From contig MU053376.1 in NCBI GenBank assembly GCA_013239625.1, positions 1,760,833 through 1,824,832 of the forward strand: 64,000 nt of DNA, in the 5' to 3' direction. Shown piece by piece: positions 38,812 through 52,900 of the stretch. The stretch is from Lama guanicoe (Eukaryota). Made by a program: the position numbers and the translations under genes. The notes beneath the pieces were generated by a model. That model did not search any database. It had not been told where the DNA came from and saw only the letters and a list, made by a program, of their open reading frames with translations. Every line of letters starts with the position of its first letter. Position 1 is the first letter of the stretch.

Positions 38812-39220
38812 GCTGTTATAAGTTGAATTATGTTCCCCAAATATTTATATGTTAAAGTCTTAACCCCTAGTATCTCAGGACGTGATCTTATTTGGAGAAA
38901 GGGTCTTCAGAGAGGTGATCAAATTAAAATGAGGCCTTTAGGATGAACTCTGATCCAATATGACTGATGTCCTATTAAAAAGAGGAAATTTGAAGACAGG
39001 CATATATAAAGGAAGAACACTATGTGGAAATGAAGACAGCTGTCTGCAAGCCAAGGAGACAGCCCTGGAGCAGATCCTTCTCATACAGCCCTCAGAGGGA
39101 ACCAGCCCTGCCAACATTTGATTTTGGACTTCCAGCCTCCAGAACTGTGAGATAATAAATTGATGTTGCTTAAGACCCCCAGTTGTGGCACTTTGTTATG
39201 GCAGCCTTAGCAAATCAGTG
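38812..39220 (+). mobile_element. MLT1B/C-like MaLR solo LTR
   Basis: gttgaattatgttcccc...cttatttggagaaagggtctt...gacttccagcctccagaactgtgagataataaat...ttgttatggcagccttagcaaa. Confidence 0.82.
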
Positions 39221-39250
39221 CCCCTGGCAAATGAATAAGAATCTCTCTGC

Positions 39251-39785
39251 CTATTGACAGATGACTGGATAAAGCAGTTGTGGTATATTTATACACTGGA
39301 ATACTACTTAGCCATAAAAAAGAATAAAATAATGCCACTTGCAGCAACATGGATGGACCTACAGATCATTATTCTAAGTGAGGTAAGCCAGAAAAAGAAA
39401 TAAAAATACCATCACTCATATGTGGAATCAAAAAAAAAATAGTAAAAAAGGAAGACACTAACGAACTCATCTACAAAACAGAAACATACTCACAGACATA
39501 GTAAACAATCTTATGGTTACCAGGGGAAAGGGATAAATTTGAGAATTTGAGATTTACAAATGTTAGGCACTATATATAAAAATGGATTAAAACCCACAAA
39601 TTTCTTTTGTATAGCACAGACATTATATTTAATACCTTGTAATAACCTTTAATGAAAAAGAATGTGAAAATGAATATATGTATGTATATGCATTACTAGG
39701 ACATTGTGCTGTACACCAGAAACTGACACATTGTAACTGATTGTTCATCAATAAAAACAAACAAAATTTGTTCATTAAAAAAAAG
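39251..39785 (+). mobile_element. 5'-truncated L1 3' end with TSD
   Basis: L1 3'UTR motifs and A tail; TSD agaatctctctgc at 39238-39250 and 39786-39798. Confidence 0.9.
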
Positions 39786-41237
39786 AGAATCTCTCTGCAA
39801 AAATGAAATTAATCCATAGAATCCTAGAGTTGGAAGGGATCTCAGAAAACAAACTGCCCAACACCCTTGTTTTGAAATTAGATGCCTAAGGTCCCAGAGC
39901 AAGTTGGTGACTTAAGTCACCCTTTGGCTCAACCCTCAGTTCTTCCACGTTCTCGTGTAGTCTGCTGAATATTTCAAAGATGGTGGCAAAATCAGCCTAT
40001 GATGGTGATTAGATCCAAAACTTTGTTGGAAAGAATTACCTTGAAGACAATATACAAGCATAGGCCCTTTCTAAGTATCTGCTAATGGAAGCATATGCTA
40101 AACAGGAGAATTAATTGCTTGCTGGGTGCCAGCCTGAAGATTGATACCCAGTGAGACAGGTAACTTGACCTCTGGTTGGGCTGATAGGATCCATCATCCC
40201 TCCAGACAGGCATTTGGTTGTGGCAAAGGTCCAGCTCCATTTGGAGGGCTAACCCCATCCCATTGAGGATGATTCTTCCCAGTGACTTAGTCATGTATGG
40301 ATCAAAAGCTCAGGTTCATGAGTGTGGTGGGGGCCGGGGGAACAGAGCCTGAGTAATGCTTCATAGTGGGTGTGGAGATTTATTCTAATAGTAAGCATGC
40401 AGTTGATTAAAGTACATGACACAAGTAATTGCCAGAGAGCCCAAACCAGCTATCACCTGGGATTACAGAGATCTGATCTAATACGAGACAGAAAGGCCAG
40501 TTTCAACTCGGCAGCAGAAGCCTTTGAAAAGGGTCCAGGAGTAATTGGCATTTAATCAATGCAATCATTATCCTAGCACATGGCTCTTGCAGCTTCAGGC
40601 CCCCTTACAACCACTGAACTGCGCAAGGGAGAATATGCCCGTTTAATTTCACCACCACCACATTTGACTCACAGTCCCAGATGAGGTCCAAGTGGAAGTA
40701 CATTCACGTTTTTATATTTGAGAAACACAGGCTCACTGTCAGGAAGAATTCAATGATGATATAAACAGTGATGGGCATTTTCCCTTTACAGGGGCCTAAT
40801 CAGCATTAATTTTGATAGGAGAGTAAAAGCTGCAGACAGCTGCTAAGCATTTGCTTTTCATTTAATCTTCTCTAAAGCTTCCATGAAACAAGAAGAACAT
40901 GACTGCTCGTCTCTCCCTGAGATATGGAAGGAGCATATGCTACTTATAATTAGGGGCCAAATAAATATTGCTTTGCTTTTATTTTTGCTTCATAAATTAT
41001 TATCACTGGGCAGCAAGTTGGGTATTTGAAGGAGCAGTACTTCTCTCTTGGAGGGTAGACACTATGTTTAGGCCTGTGCCCTCTCCCACTTACCAGGCAG
41101 AAGTTCATAGATCACCTTCACCCACCCTGTAAAAGGCAACTAAAAAAAGAGAAGGCCCCACTTTCCCTCTCAGCATCTCACCGGTCTTTCATGTATGATC
41201 CACTAGAGGAAGTGGGGAGGAAAAAAGAAGTATTCTT

Positions 41238-41385
41238 TTAAAAATTTTTTTTATTTATTCGCTGTTCTTTGGTGGGGGAGGGTAATTAGGTTTATTTATT
41301 TATTTTAATGGAGGCACTGGGACTGAACCCAGGACCTTGTGCATGCTAAGAATGTGCTCTACCACAGAGCTATACCCTCCCCACT
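41238..41385 (-). mobile_element. Vic-1-like SINE with TSD
   Basis: TSD aagaagtattctt at 41225-41237 and 41386-41398. Confidence 0.9.
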
Positions 41386-41847
41386 AAGAAGTATTCTTGA
41401 ACTTAAGGACCCATTAAAATGTTTTCTTAGATTGACAGTAGTCTATGTCAGTGTTTTTCAAAGGGTACTTCCTAATTACCCTCTTCGGAATGACCTAAAG
41501 AGCTTGTCAGCAATGCAGATCGCCAGGCCTCCTTGTGTATTCTGAATCAGAATTGAGGGCAGTGGGATCCTGGCATCTAAATTGTTAAGAAGTGTATCTA
41601 GGGACTCTGATAAACACTAAAAAAGGATTCTATTCATCTTCCCTAAGTCTCAACATTGCTGTTCCAAGATTCAATCTTACCTCTATCTACTCCCTCAATT
41701 GCATCATCTCATGCCTTTAAATGTTTTTATATGCAAATAGCTCTCAGATTTATAACTGTGGCCGACACCTCTTCCCTAAAACACCAGAATCTTATATCTA
41801 ACTGCCTGATCAATGTCCAATAGGCATATTCAAAACCAAACTCTTTT

Positions 41848-41999
41848 TTTTTTTGAAGTACAGTTGATTCACAATGTTGAGTTAGTTTCTGGCATACAGC
41901 ATAATGATTCAGTTATACATATATATATATTCTTTTTCATTACAGATTATTACAAGCCATTGAATATAGTTCCCTGTGCTATACAGTAGGATTTTGTTG
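41848..41999 (-). mobile_element. Very short L1 3' end with TSD
   Basis: ttgaagtacagttgattcacaatgtt...gaatatagttccctgtgctatacagtagg; flanked by ttcaaaa(c/a)caaactctttt. Confidence 0.82.
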
Positions 42000-42229
42000 T
42001 TCAAAAACAAACTCTTTTCTTTCTGAACATGTTCTTCCTCAACTCAGTAAATGAGATCACAAAACCTTGGAGTCATTCTTAATTCTGTCCTTCACATCTT
42101 CCTCACTTTCTCTCATACTCACTTCCAATCCATTAGAGTCCTGTGAGCTCTTTCAAATATGCCCCAAATCTTCCTCTATTCCATGGGCTACTGCAGCAGC
42201 CTATCTGGTCTCCCTGCTTGCTTTCTGAA

Positions 42230-43200
42230 TCAGTCAGAGTTCAGTTGCAGATAACAGAAACCACTCAAGTTATCTGAAGCAGGAAGGGATTTAGTACAGT
42301 TGTGGTAGATTGATGCTACAACAGTCCTTCCCACCCCACATACCTTTTTGCAATGTGACTTTGCTGCAACTCCCAAAAAGAAATGGAATCCATTTTTCTT
42401 TTCCCTTGAATCTGGGCTAGCCCTCTGATTAACTTTGATAAGTAGAATGAGGCAGCAGTGATGTTGTAGGACTCCCAGACCATAGAGGTTCTTGCTTCCA
42501 TTTTCACCCTTTTGGAAGGCAGCCTTCATATAAAGCAGCTCAGGCTGAATTATTGCATGATGAGAGACCACGTGAAGAGAGAGGGCTCAGACTTTTAGGC
42601 ATCCCTGCCAAGATCCCAGACATATGAGGGAGGCCACTTAGGACCTTCTAGCTTGGCGTGGCTGACAGCTAAATACAACCACACATGTGAGCCCAGGTGA
42701 GATCAGCAGAAGTGCACAGCCAACCTAAGTTCGGAGGGTGTTCATTACATAGCAAAGATAACTGAAAGGTCAGTGAAGTTAGGGCTTGCAAACCTTGAAG
42801 GGCTGTAGAGGCATGCTCTAGGCTGGGCCATCAGGATTCTGATCCTAGAATATAATGCCACAGAACTGGCCTGCCAGAGAAACTGCTACATCTGCCATAA
42901 TCTAGAAGACAGGGTCAGGAAGCCACCAACTACTTTGTAGTTCCAGAAACACATCACCTCATCCATGATCCCAGCATCAGGAAGTCTCTACAAGATCTGT
43001 GGGCTACAGAGGCATACCACAGCCATTTTACATGAGCAAAATGGGTAATTGATGTGCTATCACTGCCTTTTCCCCACTTAAGTTAGCTCTTAATTCAAGA
43101 CTTGTGCAAGTGCACATTGACAGGCAAAAAGTAAATTATGTTTGAATTCCTAGCTGCAAGAGAGTCTGGGAAATGTAATTTTTAGCTTTTTACGCTACAC
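42230..43200. mobile_element. Nested MaLR (MLT1-family) LTR relics
   Basis: tgtggtagatt...ttacatagcaaagataactgaaa (~42301-42767) inside an older agttcagttgcagataacagaaaccactc...tagctgcaagagagtctgggaaatgtaatttttagc element. Confidence 0.65.
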
Positions 43201-44777
43201 CCTGCTGAAAGGCACATCGGGAAGAATTTTTTTAAATGTTTTGTTCATTGCTATAACAGCTAATATAATATAATGTCTGCACATAAGAGATGATCATTAA
43301 ATACTTGTTAAGTGACTGAAATCAAATTTGATAAAGAAAAGGCATGATTTAGAGATGATTATCTCTAGTCAGCCTACAGTATGACATTCTGTATGCCCCA
43401 AATCCTGTTTCTGTCATTCCTTTTTATGAAAATACCTTGGAGTATCAAGAAAGATTTATAATTCAAGATTTTTCACAGCCTACTGCTTGTTATCTTGACT
43501 ATCACTGTGCAACCATCTTGAGTCAAACACATTGAGTCTTTTCTTGTGTAATAAATTTCCATTAAAAAATGAATTTGGTGGGATGGAAAAAAGTTTTGAA
43601 GGGCAAGCTCTTTAGTCTTTCCTGCTTTCCATGGCTTTGGCCACCATCTCTTTTTGAGGGCTGGTTCTTCAGGATACTGACAGCTTGATTTCTCTGGGTA
43701 GCATCATGCAAAGGAAATTAGCTCAGTATGTCTTCTACTGAATTCCATCTGTAGCTCAATGTTTTAATGAATTTATGGACAAGGCTACAGAGCAATTTTG
43801 ATAAGACAAGGCAATGTTCCAGTCTCTGAGACTATTTTTCCCAAGAAAAAAAACATTTTTGAAAATACCACTGAACAGCCTGTAAATCCACCCACACATG
43901 AGCAATCTCTTGCACTATACAGAAAGCTTTTCAGGTGTCACAGCCATAATAGCAGGTGGTTCCTTTGGGTAGAAAAATTATGGCAAGGATATAGAGACAG
44001 AAAGCAAACTGTTTTGATATTCTGGGTACAGCTTTCCCCAAGTGAATCATTCCCATATGCCTACTCTTACCATGGGCCCTTTTCCAGAGGAAGTGGGTTG
44101 TGTGAATGGAGGTGTAGACATGCATTCTGGTGGGCAAACTTTGATGGTGCCCATATTTGGCAGATCCAATTAATCTTTAGCTATTTGTCAACCCACTTTC
44201 CCACAAGTTTCAAAAAGCAAAACTTGACTATGGATCTGATATCTGTTTCTGCTCCTCTCATAATAAATACTTAATCTTGTTATGAAGATTCAGCTGTGCT
44301 CATTTGAGGCAAGACTGCTTCCGAAATTCCACATAAGTAGGTTTTAAACACAAGCTATAAGGAAGGCTGAGACTAGAGCCATTTGCAAAAGGTGGACATT
44401 TAATTCCCTTTTTTTATTATAAAATATCTGAGATACACACAAAGTTTGAAGAACACATATTTACTCTTTTTTCTAATTGAAGTCTAGTCAGTTTACAATG
44501 TTGTGTCAATTTCCATTCTACAGCATAATGTTTCAGTCATACATATACAGGTATTTACTCTTTAGTGAACTTTTGTTGCTTGTAAGGTAAAAATCTGGGT
44601 GAGTAAAAATGATTTTGTTTCCAGACAGAGATATAGCAAAGCTGGAAATGAAGAGTTTTTGTAGTTTTTTTCTTTTTGCCTTTCTCCAGAGTGTGTGAGA
44701 ATTGCATTCTCATCCATATACCAGTACAGCAAGTCTCCCTACTGAAAAGGGAGATGCTGTTGTAACCCTCTTAATTT

Positions 44778-44901
44778 TTATTTGGAGGGAGGTAACTAGG
44801 CTTTTATTTAATTATCTTTAATGGAGGTACTGGGGATTGAACCCAGGACCTTGTGCATGCTAATCACATGCTTTACCACTGAGCTAAACCCTCCATCCAT
44901 C
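44778..44901 (-). mobile_element. Vic-1-like SINE with TSD
   Basis: TSD accctcttaattt at 44765-44777 and 44902-44914. Confidence 0.9.
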
Positions 44902-46207
44902 ACCCTCTTAATTTAAAATAAAACTCAACCAAGGGAAAGATGTGTTCAAGAAGACAGCTCATGGAAAACTTGACTTTATTTGGATAGCAAAAAATGAAAA
45001 TGAAAGATGGTCACTAGGCTAATTAATTCTGGCTTTTCCCAAATCTTAAAGTGGTGCGACGTTGGGCAAGTTCTTTCATCCCTCTACACTTCACTTTCCT
45101 GAACTGTGTAGTGAGGATAATTGGATCTATCTCTTGGAGTTGTTGCACGTAATCTTAAAACAGTGCCTGGCATACAGTAGACACTCAATAGATGTTAGTT
45201 CACTTTCTTCTTTCTCCTCAACAAAGTGTTAGCTCCACCGGAGAATGGAGACTTTGCTTGATTTAGTTCTGAATCCTTAGCTTCTATTTTGCCCATAGTA
45301 GGCATTATTGAATGGAATAATGAATGAAAGTGGCTAGGTTTTGAGGCTTAGTGAGAGAGAATTTGTTCTATGTTTTTTTTTAATTCTTATTTTTTATTGA
45401 AGTGCAGAATTCTACGTTTTCTAGCCAGTGAGGGAAATACAGACCTCTGGTTGAAGGTAGGTTAGGGAAGTGAGAAAGAACCCTAAATTAAGATGAGAAG
45501 ACCAAAATTCAGGCTTAAATTCTTCTAAGTCTTTGGTGTTGAGACTAAGGGTTTCTTTCATGATTTGTAAAATATAACTCCCAAGGTTATTCTGAGGATT
45601 AAATTAAAGTGTATGTGAAAGATCACAATAAACTATAAAGGGATATACAAACACATGATATTATTAATTTTTATCCCAGGAAGTTTATCCATTGGATGAC
45701 AGTCAAATGATGCTATGAGAGTCTTGGAAGAAAGAAGCTTTAGCTAAAGATTTAAGTACTAAAAATATTCAACCCCAGAGGTACCACAGACATAGACTAA
45801 TTTTTTCCATCTGTGCAGTTTAGGGTAGATTTGGCATACACTCAATACCAGGCAAGAAAGAAACTATGGTTTAGGCTGCATTTAAAGTTTAAAAAAAAAG
45901 GCAGAAAAAGAAAGTACTTCCTTTTATAAGCATGAACGTTAGAATAGGGAAAGCCTTCATCGAGTAATCCATCCCCGAGGCAAGACTATTCAATCCACAT
46001 CCTCTCCTACCTTTCCCACGCCCCATTTTTGTTCTAATTAGCTAGTTGTATTGTATATCATGATTTATGTATTATGGTCACTTTCTCCTCACCAAAGAAA
46101 AGTAATATAGATTATTCTTTATCAGTCATATGTGATTTAGAGGTCAAAAGAGCTGCTTTTTGTAGGGTAACCTTCCTGGATTAACAGTATTTAAAGACCT
46201 GGTTTTC

Positions 46208-46531
46208 CAGAAACAGACTTGCAGACATAGTAAACAATTACGGTTCTGGGGGAAACGGGATGGGAAGGGATACATTTGGGAGTTTGAGATTTGCAAATGT
46301 TAACCACTACATATAAAAATAGATTAAAAAAACAAATTTCTTCTGTATAGCACAGGGAACTATATTTAATATCTTGTAATAACCTTTAATGAAAAAGAAT
46401 ATGAAAACAAATATATGTGTATGTATGCATGACTGGGACATTGTGCTGTACACCAGAAATCAATACATTATAGCTGACTATACTTTAATTTAAAAATGAA
46501 ACAAAATTTTAAAGCAGATAAATAAATATAT
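46208..46531 (+). mobile_element. 5'-truncated L1 3' end with TSD
   Basis: Same family as the 39251-39785 element; TSD agacct(g/a)gttttc at 46195-46207 and 46532-46544. Confidence 0.88.
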
Positions 46532-48727
46532 AGACCTAGTTTTCAGTGCCAGAGATTATTCAAAATATCATGGCTTTACGATTATGCCCCACCCAAGATG
46601 TCTCAACAGAGCCCGATTTTGAGATTGAGAAACTGACTTGGGGAAGAAGATAAAGGAGCCAAAAAAAAAAAAGGAAAACCATAGTGGGTGAGCTGATGAC
46701 TCACTGCCCCTTCCTTGAACTTCAGGAATGACAAGACGGATGAGGGGGAAAAAGGCAGTGCCCCACTGCAGACCAGATGTTCTAAGAAAGACAAGAAATT
46801 CAGGAAACTTAAAGACCTCTGTATGTTCTTAGGGTAAAGGCAATGAACGTAATTTCCATGGTCAAGTTGTTAAGTGCATCAAAGAAAGGACACTTGGAAC
46901 ACTAAACCTGATTATATTTTCCCATCAGTGCTATCATCCTAAATTTGATCATTTTATTCTCCTGATTAAAAACCTCGACAACTCTGCGTTGCTACTGGAT
47001 TAAGTCTAAACTTATGATGGCATGGAATAGTCTTCACATGATCCCAACCTTCCTCGTTACCTTTGTCTTCTAGTTAATTATTATCGCATATCTTGGAAGG
47101 TATAGGGGATCGCTTATGATTTACCAAATAAACCAGATACTTTTTAAACTTGGTCCATTTTTTTACACAATTATCTCTGCCCACAACTCTCGTTCCCAGC
47201 TGGCGAACTCCTAACAGTGCTTCAAAGCTTGGCTCTAGTATGACTTCTTCTCTGTAGCTTTCTCAACTCCCACTCTCTCCTACTACTCAGAATGATTGTT
47301 CTTCCATCTATAAAGTCATTGAACTTTAAGCATTCCATGTGTTAAACAGACTCATAAGGTTCTATCCTCTCCCAAACTTACTGCAGACTCCATGAGGGCA
47401 AGTGTCAGCCTGTTATTGTGCAATTTTGGGCACACCAGAGGAGCATACTACAGGTTTTTTGAATTGAGTCAAATATTAGAAGGGGGCCAAAGCATAAATA
47501 GATTTTCTAGGCCTGGGAATTATGTTAGGACTGGAAAGTATATGCTAAATCCACATACATGACTCTGCTCTTAGACTTAACCAGAGAGCAAGCAATTTAC
47601 TTTTATGAAAAAACAATGTCATGAATGTATGTCTCTAGATAAAACATCATTAATTCATTTTTGACTTAGAACTGCCCTCCCCATAACCCAGTTAGCAAAA
47701 AGGTAGCTGAGTAATTTGAAATACTCTCCAGCTGGAGTGGAATCACCTTTGGGGCTTGCTTCAATCCGAGCATCTCTGTCTTGTTTTGCTCTTCAAAGAG
47801 ACTCTCAGTCAACCATAGCCTTTGAAGGCACGAGGAGAACGAAAACCAGACGAACGCTGTTGAACTCTTAGCTTGCCACTTTCTCTACCCTGGCATTAAA
47901 CTTTTCTGCTCCAATTCAACAAGTTAGCTAAAGAAGTACATAATGTAGCATCAATTTATTTTTTATCTTGTTCATTATGCTGCCTTGTTCCAGAGACTTT
48001 AAGAGAGGTTAAAGAAAGAAACCCAAATCCAAAACCAAATTGTTCCACACTCATCCCTTTGGTTCTTTTGGTGACCTGCTGTCAGTGCTGAAGGTCAGGG
48101 TGGAATACTTTTGGAAAAGTTTGCCACTACTCGTAACAACATTTCTGGTTAATTTTTATCTTTTATTTTGATTTACAGCAAGTGATTCTGTCAATGCCCA
48201 CAGGTCATTTTTATCCTAAGACCCAGTGTGAGTTTGTTCAACCTTGACATCAGTCATTGAGACCCTCACCTGGGGTACATAACAAGTTATCCTGGCTGAA
48301 TAAAATCATAGCTGGTTCATGTCTGAAGGTGCTTAGGGGGTACGGCATGAAGATTAAGAGCAGGAGCTTTGGAGTCAGTCTGTGTCTGTCTGAGTTTGAA
48401 TCTGGCCACACCTCTGACTGGTTATGTGACCTCAGACAAGCTACTTAACCTCCATGTGTCACCTGCCTCATCAGTAAAAACGAAATAATAATTGTTCCCA
48501 CCTCTCATGGGTTCCTTGTGTGGAATAAGTGAATTAAATGTGTAAAGCATTTAGAACAATGTACACGGTAGGTATACTGTTAATAAATATTAGCTCTTAT
48601 ATTCTGTACTTTTAGGTGTTTAGGTAAGAAAAAATGGGTACAATAAATATTTTTCTCTATATTTTTAGGTAAGAAAAGTGAATATAATAAAAAAAAACTG
48701 AAAGGAAGACTGTGTTTAGAACAAAAC

Positions 48728-48733
48728 TTTATT
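48728..48733 (-). terminator. FAM72A: Probable FAM72A polyadenylation signal AATAAA
   Basis: tttatt on plus, ~1.08 kb past the stop codon, followed on the minus strand by U-rich sequence. Confidence 0.6.
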
Positions 48734-49809
48734 TACAAAACCGCAACTTGGTCTGTGTTGGTATCACTATTGACTAAATGCCTACAACTGAGATATTAGT
48801 TAAGGCAATACATTGATTTTAGCTATACACACAACAAGAACTCAACATTATCCCGGTTTCCTATTCCTGTGTGGCTCTCAATGCAGCTAAACAAAACAAA
48901 ACAAAACAAAACAAACAAAACAAACAAAACAAAACAAACCCTCTTTGTAATGTACAATGGCTTAAGCAAACCACTTCTTTAATTTTTTTCTATTTAAGGG
49001 TTGGGACTGAGACTACTCATCCAAAATTTGCTATTTACAGAGAAAGCCCCAGAGGATGGGATAACTTAGAGATGGAGACTTAGTTTATCTGGCTTTCATA
49101 ACACAATATATACATATGACTTTAGGAGAATGTAAATAAATAATATTGGTAAACAGTATACGTTGATAATCTTCTGACAAATTCATTTATCTAACATTAT
49201 GCTGAGGACTCAAGAGGATTTCTCCATACATTTTAAAATTTTAATTTATTCTGTTTGCTGATTTACAAAGTCTTGCTCTATATTAATATAGTCATCACCA
49301 ATATAACATATGATAACCATTACCTATGGAAACCTAACAGTCTGTTTTTTAAAAAATTCCCTATTAAGCTTTAATTCTCAGCTGACCGTCACACACATAT
49401 ATGCATGGATATATGTGTGGGTACCAACTGCCCCTTATTCAGGACTGTAAGATTAATGGCATCTGGCATCTAGTTGTAAGAAAAAAATCTCCCTAATTGG
49501 GAGATAGCTGAGTCACATGTAAAAGAATCTACTATCTTCTACTATCCGAATTTAAGAATATACCTATGCCAGGCAGAGGGAAGAGGAAAGGAAGGTAGAA
49601 GTAGAAGAAAAGAACTACATTGGTTCAAATTAAACTCAGCTAATTAATTTGAGACAGCAAATAAATAAATCAACAAATGCCCCATTTTTGTTTTCCATAA
49701 AAAGAAATCACTGGCAAATCCTTACTAACAATTAAAAAATTGATCCATGAATATATAATTTAAATAGGAAAAAGTTTAAACATTTCCTATGCATATATCA
49801 TAATTCTGT

Positions 49810-49953
<144 letters not shown>

Positions 49954-52900
49954 TCAGAACATGATATCTAAAACCTTATATGTTAACATTCTTATATTAA
50001 ACCATAGTGTTAACAGTTAAGAGAAAAGCCATTAAAGAATGAACCACAAATAAAATGATCAGTATCTAGATATTAAAATTATCTAACCTCTAAAACAGAT
50101 ATTCTTTAAACCTTTTAAGCAATTCTAGAATCTTGGAACTCAAAAGGATCTCAGGGATCCATTTACTCGAACCCTGCCTCCAGCTACATTAAGACGTAAT
50201 CACTCTACACTGATGATTTTCAAATGTATTTTAATGATTTTTAAGAATGGAGCCCTCACAAGATCTTTTTAGATTAAATGTCTCTTTGAGGTGCGTGGGA
50301 AAGGCCTGAATAAGTCTCCTCATCACCGCCACTGGAAAGCTGGCGCCTTTCTTCTGGTTAAAGAAAAAAGCAAGATTTTGGAGCCAGTTATAATATGAAC
50401 AGTAATCCTTGATATATATGTGGGCTTTAGGCTAGAGGCTGTCAAGGTAGAACTATAAACTTTAGGACCAGGTTGTAGCTGTCAGTACAATAAACAAAAT
50501 AAAAATCTAAAGCCTCATTGTGAAAGGATAGATTTCATATTAAAGAATCCAGCACTGGTATATAGTACAAGACCATACATTTGGTAGAGGATAACGAGAT
50601 AGTTTATTCTGGGCATGTACCGTTTTATAATTTGAAAGCACTAAACTGAAAAAAAGTTATTAAGTGACCTCTAGGAGAGCCAACAAGAAGGCAAATTTCA
50701 AGCTGTCCAGTCATCCGTGTGGGCACAAGGAGGGTTTAGCAGCTCTGGAGATCCACTCCACACATACTGAGACAGTGGCTACACGGTCAGATGGAATGAG
50801 CCGGGGTTTGGAGATGTGGTTTGAATCCAGTTTCCACCACTACCAGTATACCATGGATGTTTTGACTGCTTTACTACAAAAGTATATAATCACAGGCAAG
50901 ATATATTAATGTTTTGTGTATTTAAATTTTTTACAGTATGGAATTATATGTATTGTTCTAATCTTTTTTCATTCAACATTATGATTTGGAGATTTACCTA
51001 TGTCCATGTGTATAGATTTAACTCATTTCTTTTTATTTGTGTAGGGCATTCCATTGTGTGAATTAAAAAAAAAAAGCTCTATCTGTCCCAAATAGGGCCC
51101 ATCATTTATTCTTTCCCCTAACTGCCCACTTTGCACAGGTGTCCAAGGAGACATGTACAAGGATGCAAACTACTGCATTGTTGAAATAGTGAAAACAATC
51201 AATCAACTGTCTCTCTTGGTTGAGATAATGGGATTTAATCAGGCAAGAAGTTAGCATCTATTTGATGCATTTTTTTAATCGAAGTACAGCCAATTACAAG
51301 GTGCATAATGTCCCAGTGATGCATATACATACATATATTCATTTTCATATTTTTTCCATTAAAGGTTACTAATTGATGCATATTGATGCCTATCATACTA
51401 TTTTCTGTAATTCTTTTGTACGTTTGAGTTGTTTACAATAAAAAACACCTTTCTTCTCCCAAGAATGAATGATGCTCTGCTTTTGGTAATACGGCATTGA
51501 AGAGATGACAGGATAGGAAGGAATCACTAGGCCAAAATCTCAGGGACAATTAGAACACAGAAAGGTAAATGGAGAGCTGAAATCAACTTGCTTTTGAGGG
51601 CACTTGCCAGTCCTAGGCAATTTGAACTAAGGTTTCCCAAGCCTCCTCAGAAAAGCCTCAGGAAATCAGGTCTACAAGTGAAGGCTAACCTAGAATGTAG
51701 ACTTCTTGTGGTCCTTTCAATCTAAACATTCTAGAATTTTATAAGGCTTGCGTACGTATTCCTTTGATGATGCTGATTCAAGTGATTCAAGGACAGCTCC
51801 AGTGCCACGAGAAAACCTGTTTTATACCAAGCACCTAGAAAATCTTGCTTTAAATCACAATATTAAGGTTACAAAGGAGAAGTTTGATATTCTTGGAGTC
51901 AATACCCAGAGACATGAGTGGTCCAGCACAATTGGTTCAAAGGAGAAAAAATAAACTAAGAGACTGGATCTGACAGAAGCAGCACCTTCCTTTCTCTGTT
52001 AAGAAGAGTGGAAGGAAATCCTGTGATACATCTGTTTCTCATGGATTAGATTCAATGCGAATGGAAGAATGCTGGGCTTTTATCTTTGAAAAGTTGACCA
52101 ATATTAAAAAGTAAATCAAAATTGAAAAATCTCCACCCTGTGTTTTGAATTCTCTAAAGCAGGAAAAATAGTATCAAAGCAGAAACTTCCTTTAATGTGT
52201 CCTATGAGCAACACAGATATAAAACTGGAGGCCTAAATTAGGAGCCTGTATCTCACTTAGGGGAGTTCAGATAAGTCCTTGCTCAAAAATGGCCTCCTTA
52301 ACATACAAGAGTCTTAAATTAAGGCCTCCAAATGATGGGTTGTGAGCCACCATGCCAGGTGATTAAAAAAAAAAAATCAGAGTCTATAAAAACCCAAGCA
52401 TAATTGGAGGGTTTAAAGACCATGACAACCTAGCTTATAACTCATGATCTCTTAGCCTGTGAAGGTAAATCATACTTAAAAAAAAAAAAGAATATATTTT
52501 AAGTTCTGAAGAAGACTAAAACATACATTAAAAAACCTGAGACTATTAGTACCAACTTGGATTGTCAAGTTCTTTAAACTTGTTCTGTCAACGAAAGACA
52601 GAAATTTTAAATTTTAGTTCCCACTCAAAAAGTCCCACTAAAAGTCAACTTGGTGTGATGTGCAAGCAGATATTAGACACTGAGAACATGTGTCCTATAA
52701 CAAAACTGAAAGGCTCCAGACAATATCAAATGTATTATGTAAATATCTTTTAAGAATTGGTTGTATATTTTCCTACTAAAATAATCAGTACAACATATCG
52801 GTATTAAATATTTCCCTTGACTAAAATTTGATCATAATTTATTAACATAGATGTCAAAATGTCTATTTTTATCCTGAAGCAACATCACCAAATACAGAGG

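Larger units (their letters stand above)
23301..44354 (-). pseudogene. Candidate decayed multi-exon (unitary) pseudogene of unknown identity
   Basis: Heptad coding-type repeat plus several minus-strand AG/GT-bounded segments with protein-like translations (25173-25233, 31373-31526, 37039-37145, 44071-44354 and others). Confidence 0.5.

Noticed and set aside
43798..44274. 158-aa plus-strand ORF
   Set aside because: Non-ATG start and no recognisable similarity; splice signals here favour the minus strand.
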